A DNA stretch of 64,000 nt. Source: Octopus sinensis. Taxonomy: Eukaryota. Below, piece by piece: positions 41,276 to 54,198 of the stretch. Where the stretch lies: positions 197,222,001 to 197,286,000 of the forward strand of contig NC_042997.1 in the NCBI RefSeq assembly GCF_006345805.1, read 5' to 3'. The notes beneath the pieces are model-generated. The model saw only the letters and a program-made list of their open reading frames with translations, was not told where the DNA came from and did no database searches. Both the position numbers and the translations under genes were made by a program. Numbering within the stretch: the first letter of the stretch is position 1; each line of letters starts with the position of its first letter.

Positions 41276-41372
41276 TATAGGACTAGAACTGTTTCATTCA
41301 AAAGAAATCATCAGAAGAGCTTCCTGTGATGATTTCTTTTGAATGAAAAAGTTTCTAGTCCTGTAGAAGCTC
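41276..41372 (+). ncRNA. Hammerhead motif preceded by an inverted copy of itself (38-bp hairpin)
   Basis: The two arms combine to GAGCUUC-CUGAUGA-UUUCUUUUGAAU-GAAACAG-UUCUAGUC-CUGUA/GAAGCUC (7-bp stem I, 4-bp stem III). Each arm carries different lesions. Confidence 0.55.
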
Positions 41373-41387
41373 CTTCTATAAATAAAT

Positions 41388-41481
<94 letters not shown>

Positions 41482-42465
41482 CATGTATGTGTGTATGAAT
41501 GCATCAAGAGTTGAGCAGAAAGAACAGGAGAAAAAGTTAGACGAAAGTAGATCATATGGGAAATTTAAACAAAGTCACGATACACAGAATATTCGCAGTT
41601 TAGATTTCCTCGTCAGTGAATGACGCAAACTATCACGGTGGTTTCGCGCCATTACCTTTGAGAGCACTTAATTTTGGAGGTGCCAGTGCTGTTATTAAGC
41701 TACAGGGAAAAAGCTAGCGAATGTATGCTAAAACAGAAACAAACGAAATTATATGAATATAAAATTATAAAATTATAAGAGTAAAATTGTAAGAGTAAGT
41801 GCGTATTTAATCACACCACACACACACAAACATATATATCAATACATACACACACACACACACTCATATATATATATATACATAGACACTCAAGCACAAA
41901 CACACACGCACGCATATATTTATATACATTCACACAAATATACATATATGCGTTTGACTATATTTACGTAGGCATACACATGTGTACATATATATACTTG
42001 CACTGAATATACAGTCTATCGCAAGCCACTACAGCACTGCCGCCACCGATATTCTTGACCCTAACATGCAACAGCATTTCCATGGCTCCTAAACCTTTAA
42101 TTTCCTTTCAAGTCTCTCTTTTCCTATTTCCCCGGTTGCCCACTATTTTCCTCATCTATTTTTCGCTTTCAATTTCTTTCTTGCTAAAGAAGGACTAACG
42201 TCCGAAGCGTCAGCTTCCTTCATACACATTTCAAGTAATTTTAAGTGGTTAAAACTAATACCATATTAATAATAATGATACTTTGTTCTTTTCTAGCAGC
42301 TTATATCCCATGTTATTTTAACGATACCCACGCACTCGCAGAAACACGCATATAGCTAAAAAAATAGATAACATTACATATATGTGTGTATGTGTATGTG
42401 TGTGTATGTATGTATATATATACATGCACTTATATATATATATACATATATATATAGAGAGGGGC

Positions 42466-42512
<47 letters not shown>

Positions 42513-42850
42513 CTCACACGCACATACGCATACACACATATATAATATACATATACATATCAGTATATACGTATATGCAAGCATACATAAATGTATATAT
42601 ACATATAGATACCTATGTATAAACACATATATTTTTTTTTATTTGGTTGTAATTTTATAATTTTGGGGTTTAATACCGTTTCTGTTCCCCAGAGATTCCC
42701 ACAGAGTCGGAACGGCATTAATTCTGTAAACATGTAACCCAATTATAAATGCAACACGTTCTACTACCTCAAGCCCTGAGTTATTAGTTTACTTATTTTG
42801 TATCTGCCAACCTTTATTACACGATACGAGATTATAGGAGTGCATGCACA

Positions 42851-42895
<45 letters not shown>

Positions 42896-43667
42896 TTTCA
42901 ATAACAAAATTAATACTTCGCTTTGTTGTTACATCCTTTGAGGAACGTTTTTATCTGAGGCGGGTAAGGCATAGATTTTTATGTAGATAGTTTCTTGTGT
43001 TTATTGAAAGAAATATACGCTTCTTTATGATATATCTGCGTTTCATATCCCTTACGTGTATAAAAAAAAATCTTTGAGCAAAATTATATGTAATTCAATC
43101 AAAATATGCACACAGTTTATATAGGAAAAAATGTTTTGTACAAAATGATATGTAATTTAATCTCGAAAAATATACCCATTTTGTTTAGTTTACGTAAAGA
43201 AAATACTAAACAATAAATTATATATTTCGCACTGCCAGATATATTTTTATAAAAATGAGCATCAAAAGTTAACTGTTTTGCTTTCTTACGAACTGTTTAT
43301 TCGTCTCTATAATAACTCAGCGCTTCGATTTATTCCGTTGCTCATTGAAAATATACCTTTTTTTTTTCTTTCTGAAAATCGTTCTAAAAAAGAAGTTATG
43401 TCATTAACATTTTGGCTGTTAAAACCGCTTGTGAATAATCTCTTTCTCGTTGCGCACATGACACTTGCCGTTGAGTTTCACTTCTCTTTACTCCACAAGG
43501 CCTTGTTTGGTGAAAGTCATGTTAAAAGCGTGCCATAAATTCTAAATATCGTATACTTAAAATCATTCACGTTTCAGCTCCTGCGTCATTGTTGCAAAGT
43601 TTCTTTGTCGACTATACTATGGTCTTTATTTAGCATATTTGAAAACAAATTTCTAGAATATCACCAT

Positions 43668-43670
<3 letters not shown>

Positions 43671-43734
<64 letters not shown>

Positions 43735-43778
43735 TAATAATAATAATAGTAGTAGTAGTAATAATAATAATAATAATT

Positions 43779-43868
<90 letters not shown>
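43671..43868. repeat. (AAT)n/(GAT)n/(AGT)n compound microsatellite
   Basis: Direct inspection. Confidence 0.98.
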
Positions 43869-43871
<3 letters not shown>

Positions 43872-43881
43872 TGTGAGCAAT

Positions 43882-44200
43882 GAGGAGCGGTAACTGCTAT
43901 CTCAGTTGTTGCAAGGGCACTCGGAAGAGTAACAACCAATTTCGTGTAATACATTGGAGAAACTGGAATTGACATTAGGGCAGAGGAAACCATTAAAACT
44001 GTTCTACTGGGGTCAGCTAGGATTTTGAGATTGGTGCTTGGCTGTTGAGTGTCTTCCACGACAAATCAGCATTCAAATACCGAAACTTATAATTTGTAGA
44101 AAGAGATATTGCCAGATATCTGGCAACAGGTTGTTGTCTGCTCTCACAGAATCAACCAGAGCAAGTAATAGGGAGAACTCTGAGAAGTAAAATAATAATA
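43882..44200 (+). pseudogene. 3' end of an R4/Dong-like LINE with UTR ending in (TAA)n
   Basis: AISVVARALGRVTTNFV*YIGETGIDIRAEETIKTVLLGSARILRLVLGC* matches the VVxGALG...KTVLLGxARILR end motif. Confidence 0.75.
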
Positions 44201-44735
44201 ATGTGATGAAAAATGGAGTAGACCCAAAATGTCGATACTGCAACGATGAGAATGAAAGTGGGTTTTAGCATCTGTAGAGCATATCTCAGGACATGACAGA
44301 GTTGGCCAATATCTACGCTGTATAATATGTCGGCATTATAAAATCAAAACTGCTGACAAATGGTACAAGCACCACCCTGAGACTGTAACTGAGTGGGAAA
44401 AATGTAATGATTCTTTGAGACTTCTCAGTATGTACAGACTGAACGATCAAAGCTAATAAACCAGATATTGTTGTGAAAGACCAGAATAATATAGTCTGTT
44501 TATTACTTGACATGAGCATACTTTGTGATCATAATATCTCGACAAAAGAATTTGATAAGCTCAGAAAAATATAAAGATTTGCTGACTGAAAGACGGCTAC
44601 AATACCAGTGATAGTATAGTAGTCTCATTATTTGAGGACGACCTTTGGCTTACCATTCATGCAAGAAATGCAAAAGATTGTCTTAACTGGTACATCACGC
44701 GCATTGAGAAGAACATTGTCGCTGGGAATTTTGCT
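44200..44735 (+). pseudogene. R4/Dong-like LINE relic: CCHC finger plus PD-(D/E)xK endonuclease
   Basis: KCRYCNDENE...HDRVGQYL...KWYKHHPETV...TIKANKPDIVVKD..CLLLDMS..DHNISTKEFDKL..YKDL...MQKIVLTGTSRALRRTL; frameshifted. Confidence 0.85.
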
Positions 44736-44957
44736 TCCCTTTTTCCTCTTTATTTTTTCTTTTTTAAAGTTTTTTCATGTGTTTCTTCTTTCCTTTTTCT
44801 CTGTTTTTCTTCCCCTTATTTTTCTATCACAGGACTTTGTAAATAGACAATATGCTGTGTTTATTTTAATGGCCTACCAATGCATATTGTGAGTTTCTTT
44901 GCCCTAGGTGTCGGAAAGACACTCGGCAAGATATGGAAACACAATTGAAAGAAGGCT

Positions 44958-45017
44958 ATAATAATAATAATAATAATAATAACAATAATAATAATAATAA
45001 TAATCATAATAATAATG

Positions 45018-45060
<43 letters not shown>

Positions 45061-45142
45061 GACGAAGAAGAAGAAGAAGAAGAAGAAGAAGAAGAAGAAG
45101 AAGAAGAAGAAGAAGAAGAAGAAGGAGGAGGAGGAGGAGGAG
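44958..45142. repeat. (AAT)n then (AAG)n/(GAG)n
   Basis: Direct inspection. Confidence 0.98.
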
Positions 45143-46393
45143 AAAAGTTGTATTAACGACCATCAAGTGGGCACCATACGTATTTGAAAATATTTTCCCC
45201 AAAGCCTAAATAACTTATCTCGAGGCTATCTTTTATATATTTTACTGCTTAGCTAATACTATATTTCTTCCCGAATTACTTGAATTTATTCCAAGTATTT
45301 CTCGACAGATTGATGCTCTTATAAACTGACATAAAATTTACCGAATTTAATATTCGTAGCCCACCCAAGTAAACTACTGGTCTAGAGAAAGTGTAATAGC
45401 GAAGCTAATATTGGTGGGTTGATCACGAATATAGTGGTATCTATGTTTAGAATTGAATCGAATTTTGAAGAATGACAAGTAAGTTTGTCTTACAGAATAA
45501 GTGCCTGCGTTCCAAAATTATTCTTCTCACAGAAACATTTGGCAGCAGGTGGACACAGTTTCACGAAAAGAGAAAAGAATCCTTTAACGGCGAACACGTT
45601 CATTTCTTTTTTCGCGTTTCAGATTATTGTTATTGTTGTTTGTCGTTAAGCCAGATTTCATTTAGCGGAGTAATTATTAAAATGTTCCATTCGGTGCTAA
45701 ACTATCTCACTTTTCTTTTGCGTGTTTGTCATTATTATTCAATATGTCCTACTTTGTTATAAGATGTTCTACTTTGTTATAAGATGTTCATTATAATTTG
45801 GAGTACGTCTGGACGGAATAACCTCCTTGTCTCAGTGGAAGTCAGCAGAAAATTAAGTATCTTTAAATTCAAGCTAGCCACTATGAAATAATATTCGTCG
45901 TTAGCATAAAATAGGTTATGTACTTTTAAGATGACGAGAAAAGATTAACAATAAATCCTGGAGTCGATTTGTTCGACTAAGTCAAATGACTAAGTCAAAT
46001 GACTAAGTCACATGACTGAAGTCGAATGACCGAAGTCAAATGACTGAAACAAATAAAAATATAGAACATACGTAATATAAATTTAGTTGAATTAGGTACT
46101 TAACTTAAGGCACCTTGTTAGGACAAACTTCTTTGCACACTCAAACAATTGATTCTGCCAAAACATTTAGCGGCAGAATCATTGTAAATATTTGCTCTCT
46201 ATTGACGATATGAATATGTTTAATTATCCAATTTGTCCCTTATACTTGAGATCTATGCGGTCATATGATGAGATTGGTTTCTTTGCAATGATATAATACC
46301 TTCATTGATCAATTAAAGTAGTAACTCGAAACGGCTGTAAGGAATTGACACTTATTACTCATTTGTTACTCATTTATATATATATACATACAT

Positions 46394-46424
<31 letters not shown>

Positions 46425-47252
46425 TATATATATATACATATATATATATACATACATATACACATATATATACACACACAAATATGCATATATACATATA
46501 TATATATAGGCATATATATGTGTGTATATATGTATATATATATATTTATATGTATATATATATATGTATATATGTATATGTATATATATATATGTATATA
46601 TATGCATATATATATGTGTATATATATATACGTGTGTGTGTATGTGTACATATGCATATACATGTATAAATCCATATATGTATATCGAGAAAGAGAGAGA
46701 GAAAGAGCGAAAGGAAGAGAGGAAGAAAGGAAGAAGGGATAGAACGAGACAGAGAGAGACAGCAAGATAAAAAAAACAGACAGACAGACAGACTGAGAAA
46801 GAAAGAAAGCCGTAGATATTTAGATGTTATCGTTAGAGCGATACCGCGCTAGAAACGTTAAGAATAGCGTGACTATTGTCAGTTAGACATACACAAATAG
46901 ACAGCTAAGCAAAAAGCAAATACAGAGGATGACATATATATATAGATCTAGAGATAGTTTGCTAAGTAGAACATATAAGGAAATCAACAAACTAGACAGA
47001 TAATTTCATGATATCAATAGATTTTCTTCACGAATTTGTATCAGGCTTCATTGTGTGTCTACTTAATCAGAAATCTATGAGTAGGCGGGTGGATGAATGG
47101 ATGGATGGATGGTTAATAAGAGAAATGGGTGGATGGATTTTGATAGGTGAAGTGGGGACACACACAAACACATACACACACAGGCACACACACCGTTAGA
47201 GAGAAGTATAATTAGAAATACCTATCTATCTATCTATCCACCAATCTATCTC

Positions 47253-47288
<36 letters not shown>

Positions 47289-47514
47289 TATTATAATATA
47301 TACATGCATATATATACGTACATACACACAATATATATATATATGTGTGTGTGGTGTGTGTGTAGACATATATGTATGTTACATATCTATATGTATATAA
47401 GTATACATACAAACATACATATATATACATATATATATTTACATATATATTATATATACACATACATACATATATATATATATATACATACAACACATAC
47501 ATACATACATCATC

Positions 47515-47580
<66 letters not shown>

Positions 47581-47651
47581 TATGCAGTCACCATGATTGA
47601 TCGGAAATTTACAAGCATTTGTGTTCTCTCTCTCAGTTATTTCATCGTGTT

Positions 47652-47689
47652 CCTTTCTGTTGAAGAGCGTAGGCTCGAAACATAAAAGA
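47652..47689 (+). ncRNA. Minimal hammerhead-like motif, same family as 21326 (CUGUUGA core variant)
   Basis: CCUUU-CUGUUGA-A-GAGC-GUAG-GCUC-GAAACAUA/AAAG. The downstream ~100 nt are homologous to those after the 21326 copy. Confidence 0.5.
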
Positions 47690-47939
47690 CGTTCTCACTT
47701 TCTCACTTTTCCTTGCGTCAAACTAATACAACTGCTTGTTGTTTATACACCTGTCTTCGTCTCTTGTTTTTCTGTAAATTTCCAATATATATATAAATAT
47801 ATATATAATATAATATGTCGCTTAAAGCCCGTTTACAATATTTCGCTACGTGATATCATCCACAGCATTGGATGCACATGCCATTGGATATCCTTCAAAA
47901 TTTAATTCAGGGATCCTATAGATAATTAATTGTTTGCAG

Positions 47940-48006
47940 GATCCAAATGAGCCATGTATTTTAATAATAATGAGACCAACGGAGAGACGGGGGATGGCAT
48001 ATCTGC
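47940..48006 (+). CDS. Weak candidate 67-nt exon (DPNEPCILIIMRPTERRGMAYL)
   Basis: TTAATTGTTTGCAG| ... C|GTACGT; only one frame is open. Confidence 0.15.
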
Positions 48007-48439
48007 GTACGTAGAGAATATATGGATACTCAAGCATATATTAATATCTGTACAGTCTTGTTCTACCACTTACATACATGGAACAAATGGAACAGCTTAA
48101 TGAACGGCAAACCCATTTGTGTTCTTTCATATAGGTATGTGTGTGTGTGAGAAAGATATATATATATAGAGAGAGAGAGAGAGACAGACTGACAGGCAAA
48201 CAGACACACAGAAAGAGACTGTGACAAACCACAGAAAATAATGAAGGCTGATTTGCTGAATGAAATGGAGAGGTTCGATCTATATATGAAAGAATGCGTA
48301 GAATAAAAGTGACCGGGTTAACATGACTCAGCGAAAAGAATTTGGAATAGGAACGAGATGAATGTCTCTGGTTCCCTTCAGAAGACAATCGTAGAATATA
48401 TAGATGTCTTCGTGTTGCCATCGCTTACATCACTTTAGG

Positions 48440-48609
<170 letters not shown>

Positions 48610-49275
48610 GTACGTTCAGCGCAAATAAATTTGTTGAGACTGTTGTGAGCGTTCGTGTTGAATGAGCCTTCACGGAATGCCTGTTTGTAAGCCGGAAGCC
48701 GATGCTGGAAAAGCTGCGTGACCTTGTTTCTCTATGGTGTTCTCTGATTGGTCCAGTGTGCCCTATCTCCCTTACACCCTTTCATTTTGTTTCTGAGTTT
48801 CATGGTTGTTTTCCTTACACTGTGTATAATGTATAACCAGACCTCGCCATTAGGAAGTTAATTCTGCAACGTCCTTGCTTCCTTAAGGTCTGGGTCATGG
48901 ACAACAGACCAGCAATTTTGAGGAAATGGGTCACTCGATTGCATTAAACCCATAAATGGACAAGTACTCGCCTTTATCAACCTGGAGAATGAAATTAAAT
49001 ATTCACCTCCAAGAAATAAGAACTTAGAGTATGAAAAAAACAAAAACAAAATAACTATCATACAACATTATATTTTTCTTTTACTGAAATTCTAACGGTC
49101 TTCCTCAGCCAATATGCAACTACTACAATTACCACCTCTACTACTACTACTCACGACCTCGAAAGTATGAAAACAAAGTCGTCCTCGGCGGAATTTGAAC
49201 TCAGAACGTAAAGACAGACGAAATATCGCTGAGCATTTTGCCCGGCGCGCTAACTATTCCGCCAGCTCGGCACCT

Positions 49276-49327
<52 letters not shown>

Positions 49328-49609
49328 TAATAATAATAACAACAACAACAACAATAATAATAATAATGGTTTCAAATTTGCCACAAAGGTAGCAGTTTTG
49401 AGGGAGGAGATGAGTCCATTACATCGACCCTAGTGTTCGAATGGTACTCATTTTATCGATCCCCCGATAGGATGAAAGTCGACCTCGGCGGAATTTGAAC
49501 TTAGAACGTAGCGAACGGCGAAAAACTGATAAGCATTTCGTCCATCGTGCTAACGATTCTGCCAGCTCGCCTCCCTCAAAAAATAGTAACGATGATGATG
49601 ATGATGACA

Positions 49610-49645
<36 letters not shown>

Positions 49646-50133
49646 TGATGATGATGATGATAGTCATGATGATTATGATGATGATGATGGTGGTGTTGGT
49701 GATGAGGATGATGATAGTTCACGATTCAATAGAATAATTCAAGTAGAACACTGTTCATACGCAACCACACACACACACACATACACACAAACGCACACAC
49801 ACACACACACACACGCTCTGTATAATAAACAACACCACCCGTGCAACGTATACTATATAAGCTTAAAACGTAATGAGATAATACCACCCACATTACACCC
49901 CCCAGCCGCAACAGAACAAACACTAATTCAACGAGAAACAAAAAGCACAACCCCTTAATAAAACACCACCTGATGTATTATACCAATCCCCACAGCCCTT
50001 GCATACATCGCTGGAACACGGAGGTACATCAGGTGGTAGTGTAACAACTCAAATGAAACTTCTGATGTAAAACATTGAATTCAAATACAGTTCTATATTT
50101 AAGAGATGAGAAATTATGTACATTATTTTCAGT

Positions 50134-50297
50134 ATTTACATTATTTACATTCGACGGATATTTGTCCTCATCTTGTTTGTTGTTAACAAGACACCAGATG
50201 AAGGCTGGAGTGTATACCAGCCGAAACGTTGTGTTAACAGCAAACAAGATGAGGAAAATATCCGTCAAATTTAAAAAAATGTAAATAATGTAAATAA
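50134..50297 (+). ncRNA. Minimal type-I hammerhead at the apex of a ~55-bp inverted repeat (Penelope-like tail)
   Basis: 50190-50235 reads GACAC-CAGAUGA-A-GGCUGG-AGUGUAUA-CCAGCC-GAAACGUU/GUGUU. The flanks 50134-50188 and 50233-50297 are reverse complements. Confidence 0.65.
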
Positions 50298-50738
50298 TTG
50301 ATTTCAAAGTTGGTCTAAGGCTAGCAATTTCGGGAAAGGGTTAAGTCTATCACATTGACCCCAGTGTCCATCTTGTAAATTATTTTATCAGCCAAAACAA
50401 TGTGAAAGGCAAAGCTGACCATGGCAAAATTGGAACTCAGATGCCTAATCCTCAAATTTTCCTGACACGTACATTACATAACTTCATTCGCTATTAACAC
50501 CGGGTCCTTCAGTAGTAAAGGAACGCAGCTTGTCCATCTCCGCGATAAAATCAGCTGATAGCCAGATTCGTTCAACGCGTGATATCAGCTGTTCGGCTTT
50601 TAACTAGGGCACAATCGTGCGAAATCGTTAAGAAGTACCATACAGCACGGTACAACTAAGCATCACACGTGAACGAGTGCAGTTAAGTAGTGTGTACCAT
50701 GCTTACGTTAATCGTTTCAGGTGTCTATATTATCCAGT

Positions 50739-51120
50739 GGAGTCGCAATGGCCCAGTGGTTAGGGCAGCGGACTCGCGGTCGTAGGATCGCGGTTTCGAT
50801 TCCCAGACCGGGCGTTGTGAGTGTTTATTGAGCGAAAACACCTAAAGCTCCACGAGGCTCCGGCAGGGATAGTGGTGATCCCTGCTGTACTCTTTCACCA
50901 CAACTTTCTCTCACTCTTACTTCCTGTTTCTGTTGTACCTGTATTTCAAGGGGCCAGCCTTGTCACTCTCTGTGTCACGCTGAATATCCCCGAGAACTAC
51001 GTTAAGGATACACGTGTCTGTGGAGTGCTCAGCCATTTACACGTTAATTTCACGAGCAGGCTGTTCCGTTGATCGGATCAACCGGAACCCTCGTCGTCGT
51101 AACCGACGGAGTGCTTCCAT
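50739..51120 (+). mobile_element. SINE B head with tail type 1, full length
   Basis: tRNA-like head; tail CCCTCGTCGTCGTAACCGACGGAGTGCTTCCAT; approximate TSD TCTATA(T/A)ATCC-type repeat on both sides. Confidence 0.92.
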
Positions 51121-52229
51121 CCATCTATATAATCCTGAGTAGACATGGGTACACTCACAGCCCTTCCACTCTCGGTCCATCGGATTATCTAGGGTGCGGC
51201 GATTGGAGGTAGACAGACAGATGCACTAGCGTCTGGGTGATGCTCACTTGTAGCGGAACAAACTGGAGAAACGTGAAATGAAGCAACTTGATTAAGGATG
51301 TGACTTTTGATGTCTGACCCAGTAACTAAACTCGCACCCTTATGATCATGAGGATCACAACACCCTAATAGCTAAGTCTCATGACAGATCTCGACTACTA
51401 ACTTATGTTATAGATTCCGTAAGTAAGGTTTACTAAATTTAGGCACATCAGAAGTAGAAATCAATAAGGGGTGCGTATATGCATATGCATATGTCTAAAT
51501 GTGTAATGTGGGTATGTGTTTGTGTGTATGTATATATAGAGAGAGGTAGAGAGAAAGAGAGAGAGAGGGAAGAAAGAGGGCATGTGTTTGGATGTGGGAC
51601 TACACCCACAATAATAATAACAATCTTAATTAGAATATTTGTCGTAAGTAAGGCGGCAAACTCTCAGAATCGTTAGCCGGCCGGTTAAAGTGCTTGGCTG
51701 CGTTCTGTCCGTCTTAAAGTTCTGAGTTCAAATTCAGCAGAGGTTGACTTTGTATTTCATGTGCATGTATGTAAAATTGTAATGCGGGTATGTGCATGTG
51801 TGTGTATGTGTATGAGAGAGAGAGAGAAAGAGAGAGGGAGAGAGCATGCGTTTGGGTGTGGGACAACACCCACAATAACAATAACAATTTTAATTAGAAT
51901 ATTTGTTGTAAATAAGGCGGAGAACTGACAGAATCGTTAGCACGCCGGTTAAAGTGTTGGCTGCGTTTTGTCCGTCTTAAATTCTAAGTTCAAATTCAAC
52001 CAAAGTCGACTTTGCATTTCATTTATTTTCACTGTCGATAAAATAAGTACCAGTTGAAGACTGGGGTCGACCTAATCGACGAACTGCCCCCTCAAAATTA
52101 CTTGACCCGTACCAAAACTTAAAAGCAATAAATCGTAAATTTTAATGAGATAGCACTAGTATTATGCAGGCTTGTATACATGTATGCGTGTGTCTATATG
52201 TATATACAAACTTATATATATATTCTTTT

Positions 52230-52995
52230 ATTATTTTATTTGTTTCAGTCATTTGACTGCAGCCATGCTGCAGCACCGCCTCTAGTCAAACAAAGCGAAC
52301 ACAGGACTAATTGTTTGTAGGCCTAGTACTTCCATCGGTCTCTTTGCCGCTAGGTTACGGGGACGTAAACACACCAGCATCGGTTGTCAAGTGATAGTAG
52401 GTGCGGAAATATACAGACGCACAAATACATGCATATATATATATACACGGCGGGCTTCTTTCAGTTTCCGTCTACCAAATCTACTCACAAGGCTTTAATC
52501 CGTCCGGGGCTATGGTAGAAGACACATGTCCAAGTTGCCACTGCAGTGGATCTGCTGAACCTGGAACCATGTGCTTGGGAAGCAAGCTTCTTACCACATA
52601 GCTACGACTGCACCTATGAACAAAATGGTTCCGTGTTCAGACCCACTGCATGGCACCTTCGTCAAGTGTCTTCTACTATAGCCTCGGGCCGACCAAAGCC
52701 TTGTGAGTGGATTTGGTAGACAGAAACTGAAAGAAGCCTGTCGTATATATGTATATATATATATATATGTATGTGTGTGCATATCATTGTGTGCCTGTTT
52801 GCCCCCCCCCCCTCCACATCGCTTGGCAACCGATGCTGGTGTGTTTATGTCCCTGTAACTTAGCGTTTCAGCAAAAGAGGCCGATGGAATAAGTACTAGG
52901 CTTACAAAGAATATGTCCTGGAGTCGATGTGCTCAACTAAAATGCGGTGCTCCATCATGGCCACAGTCAAACGACTGAAACGAGTAAAAGAGTAA
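52230..52995. mobile_element. Head-to-head pair of SINE A copies
   Basis: Minus copy at about 52230-52613, 5'-truncated plus copy at about 52625-52995. Confidence 0.85.
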
Positions 52996-53023
52996 AAAGA
53001 GAAGAGTATATGATATATATATA

Positions 53024-53068
<45 letters not shown>

Positions 53069-53252
53069 TATATATATATATGTATATATGTATGTATGTA
53101 TATATGGTGTATATATATATATATATATATATGCATACACACACGCAGACAAATATGCACTGACACGCATACACCACGCATGATGATGATGATGATGATG
53201 AAGATGAGAATTTTAATGACGGAGAAGAAGATGGTGATGGATAGTCATCGCC

Positions 53253-53286
<34 letters not shown>

Positions 53287-53326
53287 TCATCATCATCACA
53301 GGCTTCCTTATTGTCAATAGCAACGT

Positions 53327-53426
53327 NNNNNNNNNNNNNNNNNNNNNNNNNNNNNNNNNNNNNNNNNNNNNNNNNNNNNNNNNNNNNNNNNNNNNNNNNN
53401 NNNNNNNNNNNNNNNNNNNNNNNNNN
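53327..53426. other. Assembly gap (100 N)
   Basis: Run of exactly 100 N flanked by microsatellites. Confidence 1.
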
Positions 53427-53569
53427 TGTGGTGTGTGTGTATGTGCGTGAGTGTAAATGTGTATGTATGTATATATGTGTATGTATGTATATGTATGTAT
53501 ATGTATATGTAAATGTGTATGTTTGTATATATATGTATATATATAAATGTATATATGCGTATGTAAGCA

Positions 53570-53606
<37 letters not shown>

Positions 53607-53714
53607 TGAACATACATTTTTCAAGCTAGCTGAACAATCGATCTATAATTGATGAAAAGTGATCATTAGAGATAGATACATGCATACATATGTACATATA
53701 TATGTGTGTTGTGT

Positions 53715-53753
<39 letters not shown>

Positions 53754-53808
53754 TGTGTGTGTGTGTGTGTGTCTGTGTGTATGTATGTATATGTATATGC
53801 ATGTGTAT

Positions 53809-53839
<31 letters not shown>

Positions 53840-54198
53840 AACACACACACACGTGTATAAATATATGTATTCCTTTTAACCTTTTATTCATATTAGCTGG
53901 AGGCTGTGGCTATGCTGGGGCACCGCACACACACACACATATATATATACACACACACTCACACACATGCATACACACAAACGCGCGCATTCCTGTGTTT
54001 GTGTATGTCTTCGTGTGTCCCCCATCACTGTTTGACAACCGATGTTAGTGTGTTTATGTCCCTATAACTTAGAGGTAAGTTATAAAGAAACCGGCAGAAT
54101 AAGTGCCAGGCTTTTACAAAAAATTAAGCGCTGGTGTCAATTCGTTCAACTAAAATTTTGCAAGGAGGTGCCCCAGCTTGAAAGAATAAAAGAAACAT

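Noticed and set aside
41327-41365. GTGATGA as the C box of a C/D snoRNA
   Set aside because: No matching terminal CTGA D box; better explained as a hammerhead core.
50739-50815. tRNA-like sequences with A and B boxes at the SINE heads
   Set aside because: They have no complete acceptor stem or T terminator and continue directly into SINE bodies. They are not tRNA genes.
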